64,000 nucleotides of DNA, taken from an uncultured Gammaproteobacteria bacterium. GTDB lineage: Bacteria; Patescibacteriota; Patescibacteriia; Patescibacteriales; Patescibacteriaceae. Made by a program: the position numbers and the translations under genes. Shown here piece after piece: positions 37,818 to 46,136 of this stretch (its first letter is position 1; every line of letters starts with the position of its first letter). A model generated the notes under the pieces. The model was given only the letters and a program-made list of their open reading frames with translations. It was not told where the DNA came from and did not search any database. The stretch is from assembly GCA_964611115.1 (NCBI GenBank), contig CAZSWO010000001.1, positions 20,309 through 84,308 on the forward strand, read 5' to 3'.

Positions 37818-39275
37818 ATGATTATATTAAAAAAATATCGTTTCCATGGATTAATATTCGCAATCTGCTGCATAGTCTTGTTACCGTTCGCGGCCAAGGC
37901 TGATTTTAATCCCAACAATATTATTTCGGATCAGGAAATACTTGATGCCAATGCAATGAGTCTCGCGGAAATTGACGCGTTCCTCAAAAGCCAAGGCGGC
38001 TTTATCGCCTTTAACTCCTTCGCAGATCCATTTGGCGCGACCCTAAGCGCCGCCGAACTTATTTATAACGCGGCTCATAACTTTGAATGCGATACCGCTG
38101 AGCAATACCGAAGCTATACTCGAGCTCAAAAAGAACAACTGTGCCGACCGGCGACAATCAATCCGAAATTTTTAATTGTCTTACTGCAAAAAGAACAAAG
38201 TTTAATAACCGCTCAAAATCCCACTCAAAAACAACTTGACTGGGCAACCGGTTACGGCGTCTGCGATTCCTGTTCGATGGATGATCCGGCGATTCAGCGC
38301 TGGAAGGGTTTCGGCAAGCAAGTTAATTCCGCAGCCTTACAATTTTTTGATTACGTAAAAAATCCGCGTCTCTATCGTTACAAAGCCGGTCAAACATATA
38401 CGGTAACAAATACGGGCCGCGAACCAAGCGTTATCACGATTGAAAACAACGCAACCGCCGGATTATACAACTACACGCCCCATGTTTATAACGGCAACTA
38501 TAATTTTTGGAAATTATGGCAGCGTTACTTTACTCGCGATTATCTCAATGGCTCATTATTGCAAGCCAGCGGCGAAAGCGGTGTGTGGTTGATTGAGAAT
38601 GGCGTTAAACGCGCCTTCTTAACTCGCAGTGCTCTAACTTCGCGTTATGATCCCTCTCGCATTCAAATCGTCTCTCGAGCCGACCTTGATAAGTATGAAA
38701 CCGGAGCACCGATTAAATTCGCTCAATACTCGATCATCAGAATTCCTAACGGACGAATTTACTTATTAGTTGATGCGCAGAAACGTCGCTTTGCCAATCC
38801 GGAAGCCTTTAAGAAAATGGGCTTCAATCCGGATGAGATTATTAACGCAGCCGAAGCCGATATTGCCGAGTACTCCGAAGGTGCCGTTATTACAACCGCC
38901 TCACGCTACCCGACGGGAGCATTATTACAGGATAAAAAAACGGGCGGAGTCTATTGGGTTAACGACGGTATTAAACAGCCCTTGCTTGACGCTTCTCTCT
39001 TAAAAACAAAGTTTAAAAACAAGTCCATTATTAAAACGACCGCGGCCGAATTAGCCAATTATCAAACCGGAGATCCGATTCGCTTGACCGACGGCGATAT
39101 CGTCCGCAGTGCTTCGCATCCGGCTGTCTACATTATTGAAAATGGATTAAAGCGACCGGTTGTCTCGGCTGATGCTTTCTTAAAGCTCGGTTATAAGTGG
39201 TCAAATATTTTCATTGTCTCCGATCGATTGCTCAGTCTCCAGCCAGACGGCGAAGCGGTCATTGTTGCTCAATAA
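37818..39275 (+). CDS. Secreted protein: possible lysozyme-like N-terminal domain plus four ~60-aa repeats
   Basis: Signal peptide (AKA-D); LLQKEQSL, ATGYG, NNATAGLYNYTP; repeats like GSLLQ....VWLIENGVKR; TTGTCC-17-TATACT upstream. Confidence 0.6.
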   Translation: MIILKKYRFHGLIFAICCIVLLPFAAKADFNPNNIISDQEILDANAMSLAEIDAFLKSQGGFIAFNSFADPFGATLSAAELIYNAAHNFECDTAEQYRSYTRAQKEQLCRPATINPKFLIVLLQKEQSLITAQNPTQKQLDWATGYGVCDSCSMDDPAIQRWKGFGKQVNSAALQFFDYVKNPRLYRYKAGQTYTVTNTGREPSVITIENNATAGLYNYTPHVYNGNYNFWKLWQRYFTRDYLNGSLLQASGESGVWLIENGVKRAFLTRSALTSRYDPSRIQIVSRADLDKYETGAPIKFAQYSIIRIPNGRIYLLVDAQKRRFANPEAFKKMGFNPDEIINAAEADIAEYSEGAVITTASRYPTGALLQDKKTGGVYWVNDGIKQPLLDASLLKTKFKNKSIIKTTAAELANYQTGDPIRLTDGDIVRSASHPAVYIIENGLKRPVVSADAFLKLGYKWSNIFIVSDRLLSLQPDGEAVIVAQ

Positions 39276-39276
39276 T

Positions 39277-40074
39277 ATGCCTATAGTTTTCGCGGCAATC
39301 GCGCCGCACAGTCCTCTCCTCGTTCCGAATATCGGAAAAGAAAATACCGCGCAATTTTCTGCAACATTGAATGCAGCGGAAAAAGTTGCGGCTGCACTTG
39401 CCAATTCCGCTGCTGAAACAATCATTGTCTTAAGCTCAAAGGGTCCCGCCTTCGAGAAATCATTCGGAATCAATATTTCGCCTCGCTTCAAAGCTAATCT
39501 AGAATTGTTTGGCGACCTCGTAACGAAGTGGGAATACAGCGGAGGCGGCGATTTGTGCGGGCGGCTTCGAGAAGAGCTTGAAACTGACTTTCCCCTATTG
39601 CTCGTGACCGACGCCGGACTTGATTATGCGAGCTCAATCGCTTTGTCGCTCTGCGGATCAACTCCCCAACAAAAAATTATTCCAATAACAATAGGTTCCT
39701 CTGTCAGTGCTGAAGAAGCTCTGCGTTTTGGAAAATCGCTCGGACAAACGCTGGCTAATGAAAAGGGGAAGATCGCCCTTATTGCGGCGGCCGACTTATC
39801 GCATCGCGCCACAAAAAAATCACCTTTAGGATATTCCTCTAAAGGCAAAAAGTTCGATCAAAAAGTTGTCGAAGCCTTAAAAGAATCCAGTCACAGTGAC
39901 TTACTAGAGGCTTCAAGCGCTGCGGAAGTTGCGGCTTGCGAAGATACGGAGGTTCTCGCCGCCTTACTTGGAGTACTTTATGATACCGGTGTTGAACCGA
40001 ATGCGCTTAGTTATGAGGCACCGTTCGGGGTTGGCCATCTCGTCCTTCACTACGATCTTGCTCAGACGACATAA
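39277..40074 (+). CDS. MEMO1/class III extradiol dioxygenase (LigB)-like protein (AmmeMemoRadiSam B-like)
   Basis: FAAIAPHSPLL, AAADLSH, YEAPFGVGH; start MPIVF (39277). Confidence 0.75.
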   Translation: MPIVFAAIAPHSPLLVPNIGKENTAQFSATLNAAEKVAAALANSAAETIIVLSSKGPAFEKSFGINISPRFKANLELFGDLVTKWEYSGGGDLCGRLREELETDFPLLLVTDAGLDYASSIALSLCGSTPQQKIIPITIGSSVSAEEALRFGKSLGQTLANEKGKIALIAAADLSHRATKKSPLGYSSKGKKFDQKVVEALKESSHSDLLEASSAAEVAACEDTEVLAALLGVLYDTGVEPNALSYEAPFGVGHLVLHYDLAQTT

Positions 40075-40324
40075 CAATTTTTAAAAAGTATTTCCATTGC
40101 TCGCCGCTCTTACATAATTCTTTGGTATCGGCGAGGCAGCGTTCAATAAGGGATCGAGGATAATCACGGCAGACCTTAAAAATCGAATTTCGCTTGAACG
40201 CAGGGACATGCAACTCGCGTTCGATTTTTAACGCGAGATCCTGCCATAAATACGCCGGCGCCTTCGGAGCGCTTTTTTTATTGGCGACGATTTCTTTAAA
40301 TGATAGCGGTTCAATCGGTTCCAT
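40007..40324 (-). CDS. Hypothetical protein
   Basis: APAYLWQDLAL...KYFLKIV; start likely MEPIEP (40324); 3' end overlaps the convergent gene. Confidence 0.65.
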   Translation of the reverse strand: MEPIEPLSFKEIVANKKSAPKAPAYLWQDLALKIERELHVPAFKRNSIFKVCRDYPRSLIERCLADTKELCKSGEQWKYFLKIVMSSEQDRSEGRDGQPRTVPHN

Positions 40325-40337
40325 ACTTTCAGTATAT

Positions 40338-40367
40338 AAAAAGAGGAGTAGTTTTACCACCCCTCTT
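40338..40367 (-). terminator. Rho-independent terminator
   Basis: AGAGGGGTGGT-aaa-ACTACTCCTCT followed by TTTT on the - strand. Confidence 0.7.
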
Positions 40368-40384
40368 AAATTTACAATAAAGCA

Positions 40385-40936
40385 TTATGTAAAGAACGTC
40401 CCACCCAGCTCTATGTCTCCTAACCTCGGCCTAATAATATTAGAAAAATCCTTTCTCTGACTTTTTAATGTTTCCTCTTTTAGGTACTTATCAAGAACTT
40501 CAGGGCAGGATTTAAAATGACAGAATAAAAGCATCAAAATATCATAAAGAGCTATTTTCATATTGGAATATGGAACCTGCTCTTTTTTATCTTCAAGCTC
40601 TTTAAGTGCCAAGCCTGTTTTATAAAATGTATAATCTGTTGTATTCTGTGAATTTTCTGAATCTAAACTTAACCATACGAAGGCCATTTCCTTATAGTAA
40701 GAGTTGCCATTATCTCCAACTTGGATACAGGGTACTTTTTTTGCAATTGTTTCCAAACTCTTAACAAAAAACTCTTTTTTTTCTTTTGATGTTTTACATT
40801 CTTCAAGCTCTTTACAGATTACCGAGGCTACTGCTTTAAAAACTGAAAAATATTGTTTTGCTTCTACACCATCAGGCTTTCTTAAAATAGCGATCACCCA
40901 ATTAAGCAGTGATTCAATCTTTTGTAAATGTTCCAA
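40385..40936 (-). CDS. Hypothetical helical protein (ORFan)
   Basis: TTG start with AAGGAGG SD; TTGACA-17-TACAAC promoter at 40963-40991; AT-rich. Confidence 0.7.
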   Translation of the reverse strand: MEHLQKIESLLNWVIAILRKPDGVEAKQYFSVFKAVASVICKELEECKTSKEKKEFFVKSLETIAKKVPCIQVGDNGNSYYKEMAFVWLSLDSENSQNTTDYTFYKTGLALKELEDKKEQVPYSNMKIALYDILMLLFCHFKSCPEVLDKYLKEETLKSQRKDFSNIIRPRLGDIELGGTFFT

Positions 40937-41041
40937 TTTCTTATCCTCCTTTTATTTCCTATGTTGTATCATATTATCATATTTTTGTCAATAAAATTCC
41001 GGCTTGATTTTTCCGCTTTTTTATATAATACTTAGGCTAGT

Positions 41042-41506
41042 ATGAGCCAAATATTACCCTTAGTTTTTAATCCCGATCCCCGCCTCCGGCAGGTTTCTGA
41101 ATATATCGATGTCAGCGAGATTCCTCATCTCCAGGAGTTGTGGCGCGATATGGCCGATACGATGATAGCCGATCAAGGCATCGGATTGGCGGCGCCGCAA
41201 ATCGGCAAAAATATCCGCTTGATTATCATCAATACGAACAAAGGACCGCAGGCAATGTTCAATCCAGTCTTGTTAAAAAAATCCTTGCGTAAAGAATGGG
41301 GCGAAGAAGGCTGTCTTTCGATTCCGAAAGTTTTCGGAGAAGTTAAACGTCATAAAAGCGTCCGTTGCTCCTTCATCGATCCGTCGGGCGAGGAGCGCGT
41401 CATCGACGCCGAAGGTTTGATGGCTCGCGTTATCCAACACGAAATAGATCACCTCGACGGTATACTCTTTATTGATACCGCCAAGAATATTCACACCATA
41501 GAATAA
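41042..41506 (+). CDS. def: Peptide deformylase
   Basis: GIGLAAPQIG, EGCLS, QHEIDHLDG. Confidence 0.98.
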   Translation: MSQILPLVFNPDPRLRQVSEYIDVSEIPHLQELWRDMADTMIADQGIGLAAPQIGKNIRLIIINTNKGPQAMFNPVLLKKSLRKEWGEEGCLSIPKVFGEVKRHKSVRCSFIDPSGEERVIDAEGLMARVIQHEIDHLDGILFIDTAKNIHTIE

Positions 41507-41508
41507 AA

Positions 41509-42444
41509 ATGAAACCATACCGCATCGCCTTTGCCGGAACTCCTAAAATCGCCGTTCCCTGCCTCGCTGCTTTAAGCGCCGACAGTCATTTTGAAGTTGT
41601 CGCAGTTATTACGCAGCCGGATATGCCGGCCGGACGCAATCTTGAATTAACTCCCCCGCCGATAAAAACCTTTGCCGTCGGTCATGACTTAGAAGTTCTA
41701 CAACCGCAAAAAATTTCGCAAATTGCCGATCAACTTCGCGCGATGGAACTCGATGCGATTGTCGTTGTCGCCTATGCGCAAATTATTCCCCAAAGTATTT
41801 TAGATTTACCGAAATACGGTTGCGTCAATGTACACGGTTCTCTCTTACCGAAGTATCGCGGCGCCGCCGTCCTGCAAGCTCCTATTCTAAATAATGACGA
41901 GGAAACCGGCGTTACGATAATGCTGATGGATAAAAACCTTGATACCGGTCCGATTTTAAAACAGCGCGCTTTTTCAATTGCTCCGAATGAAACCGCCGGA
42001 ACGCTCGGAGAAAAAATGGCCGAAGTCGGCGCAAAGCTTTTGCCCGATACCTTGCTTGATTATTTTGCCGGCCGAATTAAGGCGCAAGAGCAAAATAATG
42101 ACTTAGCCAACTACGTCGGACGCCTGTCTAAAGAAGACGGGCTGATCGACTGGACAAAACCTGCCAAGCAGGTAGAATGTTTTGTACGAGCAATGACGCC
42201 CTGGCCTTCGGCGTGGACCTGGGTTGCGGGTAAGAAATTAAAGATTTTAGAAGTTGATCAAAACGTCATCGGCTTAACAATGCACAAAGCCGGCAAAACA
42301 TTTATTTACAACTCGACACTCGCGGTGCAGTGCGGCGACGGTTCGCTCATTATCCGCCGCTTGCAGCTCGAAGGCAAAAATTCAATGAGTTCAGAAGAAT
42401 TTATGCGCGGTTATAGCGATTTTATCGGAACGGTTTTAGGATAA
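41509..42444 (+). CDS. fmt: Methionyl-tRNA formyltransferase
   Basis: FAGTP, TQPD.PAGR, VAYAQI, NVHGSLLPKYRGAA, DTGPI. Confidence 0.98.
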   Translation: MKPYRIAFAGTPKIAVPCLAALSADSHFEVVAVITQPDMPAGRNLELTPPPIKTFAVGHDLEVLQPQKISQIADQLRAMELDAIVVVAYAQIIPQSILDLPKYGCVNVHGSLLPKYRGAAVLQAPILNNDEETGVTIMLMDKNLDTGPILKQRAFSIAPNETAGTLGEKMAEVGAKLLPDTLLDYFAGRIKAQEQNNDLANYVGRLSKEDGLIDWTKPAKQVECFVRAMTPWPSAWTWVAGKKLKILEVDQNVIGLTMHKAGKTFIYNSTLAVQCGDGSLIIRRLQLEGKNSMSSEEFMRGYSDFIGTVLG

Positions 42445-42465
42445 ATTGTAAAAAAGAATTAATTT

Positions 42466-42537
42466 GGTCCCATCGTCTAACGGTTAGGACGCCAGGTTCT
42501 CATCCTGGTAATAGGGGTTCGATTCCCCTTGGGACTA
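42466..42537 (+). tRNA. tRNA-Glu (anticodon CTC), CCA not encoded
   Basis: Cloverleaf: acceptor GGTCCCA/TGGGACT, D arm GTC/GAC, anticodon arm CCAGG-TTCTCAT-CCTGG, T arm AGGGG-TTCGATT-CCCCT. Confidence 0.96.
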
Positions 42538-42540
42538 CAT

Positions 42541-43344
42541 ATGAAACTAACAATTTTAGGTTCAGGCACATGCGCCTCTCAGTTACCGGGAATCCCTAAT
42601 AGGTTTCCCCCGGCATTTTTGGTGGAGTTTGGAAATGAAAAAGTATTATTTGACTGTAGTGAGGGTGTTCGCTTTCGTCTGGAACAAGCAGGGTTTAACC
42701 ATGCCGACATACATCACATTGCTATTTCCCATATCCACCCGGATCATTTCGCCCTAATCCACTTTATTCAATCTGTATTTTGTAATGGCATATGGGGTGG
42801 AACAAAAAATACAGATATTACTGTTTATTGTTCTAAACAAGTAAAAACGTCTTTCCCTTTTCTTCTAAAATCTCAAATCCCCGCGATTGACCTGCCTTCT
42901 TTTGCTAATTTCCTACGACCAAAGCTTATTATCGCGAATGATAACATCACAAAAATCGGTGACGCATCATTAACAGCTAAAAAAGTTTATCATGAGTTTG
43001 GAGAAACAGATGCCATTTCCTTCCGATTGGAAACACCGGAAGGAATTTTTGTTTATTCTGGTGATACGGGAGAATGTCCTGGAATTCGAGAGGTATGTAA
43101 AGACGCAGATCTTTTTGTCTGCGAAGCTTCATCTCGAGTAGGCGATGAAAAAGGCCCTATTGAGTACGGTCACCTTAATCCTCGCTTAGCGGGTGAAATT
43201 GCTCATGAAGGAAAGGTAAAACACTTAGTACTATTTCATTACACAGGCCTTGATTCTGACGAAGATATTATTACTGACTGTAGGAAGTCGGGTTTTACCG
43301 GCGAGTTAACAATTGCAAAAGATTTTCAATCTATTAATATATAA
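42541..43344 (+). CDS. MBL-fold metallo-hydrolase, RNase Z/ElaC-like without an exosite arm
   Basis: LTILGSG, LFDC.EG, HIHPDH, YSGDT, EAS, GHL, LFHY; ATG at 42541. Confidence 0.85.
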   Translation: MKLTILGSGTCASQLPGIPNRFPPAFLVEFGNEKVLFDCSEGVRFRLEQAGFNHADIHHIAISHIHPDHFALIHFIQSVFCNGIWGGTKNTDITVYCSKQVKTSFPFLLKSQIPAIDLPSFANFLRPKLIIANDNITKIGDASLTAKKVYHEFGETDAISFRLETPEGIFVYSGDTGECPGIREVCKDADLFVCEASSRVGDEKGPIEYGHLNPRLAGEIAHEGKVKHLVLFHYTGLDSDEDIITDCRKSGFTGELTIAKDFQSINI

Positions 43345-43354
43345 TCTCAACCGT

Positions 43355-43585
43355 ATGTGGCAGGAAGAAAATAACAAACTGGTTCGCGAATTTGAGTTCA
43401 AAGACTTTAGGGAGGCTTTTGCGTTTATGACGAAAGTCGCGGCGATTGCTGAAGAACTAAAGCATCATCCTGAATGGACTAACACCTATAACAAAGTAAC
43501 GATTAAGCTATCGACGCATGATGCCGGCGATATTGTTACGGAAAAAGATACAGAACTTGCGAAACGGATTGATGAGATAGTATAA
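43355..43585 (+). CDS. Pterin-4-alpha-carbinolamine dehydratase
   Basis: REFEFKDF..AF.F, HHPEW, LSTHDAG, KD.ELA; ATG at 43355. Confidence 0.93.
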   Translation: MWQEENNKLVREFEFKDFREAFAFMTKVAAIAEELKHHPEWTNTYNKVTIKLSTHDAGDIVTEKDTELAKRIDEIV

Positions 43586-43625
43586 GGCTCAACTCACTCA
43601 GGGCTCAACTCACCTCTACCCTCTA

Positions 43626-43672
43626 CTCTACCCCCAGCCCCTCCTCACGCTTACGCGTAAGGAGGGGTGACT
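43626..43672. repeat. Left palindromic inverted repeat of the DUF559 module
   Basis: CTCTACCCCCAGCCCCTCCTCA...TAAGGAGGGGTGACT; near-identical to the reverse complement of 44064-44112. Confidence 0.85.
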
Positions 43673-43696
43673 TTTATTCAAGTAAATACTTTTAAT

Positions 43697-44065
43697 ATGT
43701 CCTATATCAATAAACTTTCTATTGCTCGTGAATTTAGGAATAATCCAACACGTGCGGAAAATATATTATGGAACGCGATAAAAAGAAACCAAATTTTAGG
43801 ATACAGATTTAGAAGACAATATGTTGTAACAGGATTTATCTTGGATTTTTATTGCCCAAAACTAAGATTAGCAATTGAAGTCGATGGTGAAATACATAGC
43901 TTAAATTCTAATCAAATAAAAGATTTAGAAAGAGAAAATATCATTAAACAATATAATATTTATATTATTAGATTTACAAACAAAGAAATAGAAGAAAATA
44001 TAATAACTGCATTAACAAATTTAAAGAAATACATTAAAAATATAGAACAAAAGAATTATACCTAG
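43697..44065 (+). CDS. DUF559 (Vsr-like PD-(D/E)xK) endonuclease domain protein
   Basis: AREFRNNPT.AE..LW..I, FRRQ, ILDFYC..LRLAIEVDG.IH, IIRFTN; very AT-rich. Confidence 0.93.
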   Translation: MSYINKLSIAREFRNNPTRAENILWNAIKRNQILGYRFRRQYVVTGFILDFYCPKLRLAIEVDGEIHSLNSNQIKDLERENIIKQYNIYIIRFTNKEIEENIITALTNLKKYIKNIEQKNYT

Positions 44066-44112
44066 TCTCCCCTCCTTATTCGCCTGCGAATGAGGAGGGG
44101 TCGGGGGTAGAG
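44064..44112. repeat. Right palindromic inverted repeat of the DUF559 module
   Basis: AGTCTCCCCTCCTTA...TGAGGAGGGGTCGGGGGTAGAG. Confidence 0.85.
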
Positions 44113-44116
44113 GCTC

Positions 44117-44145
44117 TTGATTTTTTTCTAAAAACCTGCTACATT
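44117..44145 (+). promoter_or_regulatory. Sigma70-type promoter
   Basis: TTGATT-17-TACATT with a TG extension. Confidence 0.6.
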
Positions 44146-44183
44146 TCAAATCTAATTAAACGCACTTTGAAAGGAGGAAGCGA

Positions 44184-44507
44184 TTGAATAAGAAACTTGA
44201 AGTAATGCTAATCGGTTCCCCCGATAATGCACTTCTTGCTTATATTGCCGCACGTATCGCAGGAATGAAAAAAATAGAAACACTCGACATACATTTTAAA
44301 GTTATCATTGTTGATCCTTGGGAGATAAATAAAGAAGACAAGCGAACTTCAATGGAAGAAATGCTCAAGAAGATGGCGGAGGAAAATATTAATGCAACTC
44401 ATTTTGACTCAGGCCCATCAAGGCTTGTGCGACGTAAAGAAGCCAACCTGCTACGAAAATTTCAACACAAGAATGTTAAGACTAAATTCAAAAGTCTTAA
44501 ACGCTAA
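44184..44507 (+). CDS. Hypothetical protein (ORFan)
   Basis: TTG start with AAGGAGG SD, own promoter and terminator. Confidence 0.7.
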   Translation: MNKKLEVMLIGSPDNALLAYIAARIAGMKKIETLDIHFKVIIVDPWEINKEDKRTSMEEMLKKMAEENINATHFDSGPSRLVRRKEANLLRKFQHKNVKTKFKSLKR

Positions 44508-44540
44508 AAAGCCAGCCCTTTCGGACTGGCTTTATTTTTT
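44508..44540. terminator. Bidirectional terminator
   Basis: AAAGCCAG...CTGGCTTT followed by ATTTTTTT. Confidence 0.75.
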
Positions 44541-46057
44541 TAATCTCCTCTGCCCCACCATCGTCCTCGACCGCTTCCCCAATTATTATTGTTGTTATTG
44601 TTATTTCCGTAACTTGTTCCGCCCGCCGTTCGAATCGAAGCTCGGCGTCCGTCAGCTGTGATATAGATGACACCTGCGCTCGTCGCTGAAATTTCGTAAC
44701 CGCCGCGCCACCACGGTTCAAAAGCTTTTTCACTTCTGACAAAGGTACCACTTGAACTGAAGATTCTAATATCCGGTCCGCCCTTGCTCGCGGGAACTGC
44801 GACGATCTGATAATCGCCCAAGGGTCCGACACTGTTGATGACTGAAACCTTTACTCCTCCTCTAAACGTATCCGGATAGGCGAAGAAGGAAGCATCAAGA
44901 TTACCTAAAGCGTCAAAAGTTCTAATATGCGGTCCGCCTAAGGTAAGCGGAGAAGTAACGATTCGAGCCGGTGAATTTAGTGACGCCGCCTTAACCGCTA
45001 CATCAACGCCTCCGCGGAAACCTGGGTCATACGCCATAAAACTAGCTAAAGGCGTCCCATCGGCCTTAAAAGCCCTAATATGAGGCCCTCCGCCCGGTCC
45101 GGCGGCGGTTATAATCTCGGCTTTTCCATCATTATCAATATCGGCCGCGGCAACTCTAACGCCTCCCCGGAAACTCATCGGATACGGGAAAAACTGTCCG
45201 CGCGGTGTTCCGTTCGCGGAAAGAATTCGAACATGAGGTCCGCCGCCCGCTCCGGCACCGGTAATAATTTCATCAATACCGTCGCCGTCAATGTCCCCGG
45301 CGGCAACATCAACGCCGCCTCTAAATGCCGACGGATAGGGAAAGAATTGATACAAGACAACGCCATCGCTCGACATTACTTTGACGTGCGGTCCGCCGCC
45401 CGGTCCAGCAGCTGCAACGATAGTTGCATTACCACCAAAGCGCCCGGAAGCAACGGTCGCTCCGCCTTTAAAATTTTCAAAAGGTAACATTTCGTAAGAC
45501 TGTTGCGGAGCCGGGACCGGCGTCGCGATTTTAGTCGCCGCCTGCAAACTCGCGAAGGGACTGAAAGGAGTTCCGTCGGGCGTATGAATTTCAAAATGCA
45601 AATGCGCGGTTGTCCCTTCGGCGTTCCCCGAGTCTCCCATCCAACCGATAAGCTGACCTTTAACGACCTTCGCTCCGTTAATAACATCAGGTGCGTAGGC
45701 ATGCAATCCGTCGCCTAAACCGTCGTCGGTTCCCGGATTGTCATTGTTGACGTGCAGGTACCAATATTGGTAACCGTCCGCATCGCGCAAGTTGATTGCA
45801 TAACCCCAATCCGGTTGCGGATATTGGACCCAGGATACAACGCCATCAACCGCCGCGACGAGCGGTAACATTTTTCGTCCCATTAAGTCATTTCCTTCAT
45901 GAGTATGACCGACACGAGGCGCTCCGAAATCATCATAGTATGAAACAGAGCCAATTACCGGAAATACAATAGATCGAATTTCAGCGGCCTTAATCGGAGC
46001 CGCTGCAAACACACTAAATAATAGTACAAATGATAAAAAAATGGCTGTTTTTTTCAT
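44540..46057 (-). CDS. Secreted M23 metallopeptidase with FG-GAP-like repeats
   Basis: Signal peptide; HEGND (HxxxD), HLHFEIH (HxH); about 6 FRGGV.VAAGD.D.DG..EIIT..G.GGGPH repeats. Confidence 0.92.
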   Translation of the reverse strand: MKKTAIFLSFVLLFSVFAAAPIKAAEIRSIVFPVIGSVSYYDDFGAPRVGHTHEGNDLMGRKMLPLVAAVDGVVSWVQYPQPDWGYAINLRDADGYQYWYLHVNNDNPGTDDGLGDGLHAYAPDVINGAKVVKGQLIGWMGDSGNAEGTTAHLHFEIHTPDGTPFSPFASLQAATKIATPVPAPQQSYEMLPFENFKGGATVASGRFGGNATIVAAAGPGGGPHVKVMSSDGVVLYQFFPYPSAFRGGVDVAAGDIDGDGIDEIITGAGAGGGPHVRILSANGTPRGQFFPYPMSFRGGVRVAAADIDNDGKAEIITAAGPGGGPHIRAFKADGTPLASFMAYDPGFRGGVDVAVKAASLNSPARIVTSPLTLGGPHIRTFDALGNLDASFFAYPDTFRGGVKVSVINSVGPLGDYQIVAVPASKGGPDIRIFSSSGTFVRSEKAFEPWWRGGYEISATSAGVIYITADGRRASIRTAGGTSYGNNNNNNNNWGSGRGRWWGRGD

Positions 46058-46074
46058 GAAATATCTTTAAATAT

Positions 46075-46111
46075 AAAAAAAGAACCCGGTATATACAACG
46101 ACCGAGTTCTT
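46075..46111 (-). terminator. Terminator after murF
   Basis: AGAACTCGGT...ACCGGGTTCT followed by a T run. Confidence 0.7.
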
Positions 46112-46136
46112 GCTTTGTTACAAATTATGTAAGGTA

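Noticed and set aside
42520-44540. Prophage or ICE integrated at tRNA-Glu
   Set aside because: No integrase and no duplicated tRNA 3' end (attR) found
44497-44832. 111-aa ORF overlapping the M23 3' end
   Set aside because: Alternate frame of the M23 gene with no start signals
45050-45420. Recurrent GC-rich DNA repeats (GGTCCGCCGCC-like) as a CRISPR array or REP
   Set aside because: They encode the GPGGGPH motif of the FG-GAP-like protein repeats
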